64,000 nucleotides of DNA, taken from positions 1-64,000 of the forward strand of contig JAXLNO010000575.1 of NCBI GenBank assembly GCA_038087875.1. Reading direction: 5' to 3'. Each line of letters begins with the position of its first letter. The first letter of the stretch is position 1. The position numbers were made by a program, and so were the translations under genes. The notes below the pieces were generated by a model. That model ran no database searches and was not told the DNA's origin. It saw nothing but the letters and a program-made list of their open reading frames with translations. This document shows, piece after piece, positions 62,866 through 64,000 of this stretch. Source of the stretch: Malacoraja senta (taxonomy: Eukaryota).

Positions 62866-64000
62866 CAATTGTGTAATGAGGAAGGATTAGTTAGCGATCT
62901 TGTTGTGCAGAGCCCCTTGGGCAACAGTGAACATAATATGGTGGAACTGCATTAGGATGGAGAGTGACCCGGTTAATTCAGAGACTAGGGTCCTGAACTT
63001 AAAGAAAGGAGACTTTGAAGGCATGAGACGGGAATTGGCTCGGACAGACTGGCAAATTATACTTAAAGGGTTGACGGTGGAGATGCAATGGCAAAGATTT
63101 AAAGACCGCATGCATGAACTCCAGAAATTGTTCATCCCTGTCTGGCGAAAAAATAAAATGGGGAAGGCGGCTGAACCATTGCTGACGAGGGAAGTCAAGG
63201 ATAGTGTTAAATCCAAGGAAGAGGCAGATACATTGGCCAGAGGAAGCAGCAAACCAGAGGACTGGGAGAAATTTCGATCTCAACAGAGGAGGACAAAGGG
63301 GTTAATCAAGAGGGAAAAAAGGGCATGAAAGAAAGTTTGCGGAGAATATAAAAACTGACTGTGAAAGCTTCATTAGATATGGAAAATGGAAAAGATTAGT
63401 GAAGACAAATGTAGGTCCCTTACAGACAGAGACAGGTGAATTTATAATGGGAAACAAGGAAATGGCAGAACAGTTAAACGAGTACTTTGGTTCTGTCTTC
63501 ACTAAGGAAGACACAAACAATCGCCCAGAAATACTAGGGGACCGAGGATCTAGTGGGAGGGAGAAACTGAAGGGAATCCACATTAGTCAGAAAATGGTGT
63601 TAGGTAAACAGTTGGGACTGAAGGCAGATAAATCCCCAGGGCGTGATGGTCTGCATCCCAGAGTACTCGAGGTGGCCCCAGAAATCGTGGATTCATTGGT
63701 GATCATTTTCCAATGTTCTCTTGAATCTGGATCAATTCCTGTGGACTGGAGGGTAGCCAATGTAACTCGACTTTTTAAGAGAGGAGGGAGAGAGAAAACG
63801 GGGAATTATAGACGAGTTAGCCTTACATATGTAGTGGGGAAGATGCTGGAGTCGATTATTAAAGATGTTATAGCAGCGCATTTGGAAAGCAGTGACAGGA
63901 TCGGACAAAGTCAGCATGGATTTATGATGGGGAAATCATGCTTGACTAATCTTCTGGAGTTTGTTGAGGATGTAACAAGTAGAATGGATAAGGGAGAGCC
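62866..64000 (+). mobile_element. CR1 ORF2 fragment running off the window end
   Basis: GDFEGMRRELA..DW, FGSVFTKED, NYRRVSLT, SQHGFM; several frameshifts and stops. Confidence 0.9.

Overview
Vertebrate nuclear DNA, most likely an elasmobranch (skate/ray-like), judged from its HE1/V-SINE-type SINEs and CR1, Rex/Babar, L1 and Penelope repertoire. It is not prokaryotic: no CRISPR, rRNA or true tRNA genes. Most of the window is nested transposable elements. The only host genes are a CXCR1/2-like (IL-8 receptor type) chemokine receptor cluster: a pseudogenised copy (11685-13148, minus), an open copy (49949-51055, minus) whose Ser/Thr tail is replaced by a +1 frameshift, and a 50-nt inverted relic (55892-55941). 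Notable elements: a structurally complete DIRS1 retrotransposon (ITRs and ICR intact, ORFs decayed), three L1 copies (one flanked by a ~245-bp direct duplication), two Gypsy remnants, a near-complete CR1 with esterase ORF1, Harbinger-like MITEs and Helitron-like ends. About 14 minimal hammerhead-ribozyme-like motifs lie in Penelope terminal-repeat sequence, which also occurs as short, often fold-back insertions with 11-17 bp target duplications; one of these stops the first receptor gene. All calls are by eye; no searches were run, and boundaries of decayed repeats are approximate.
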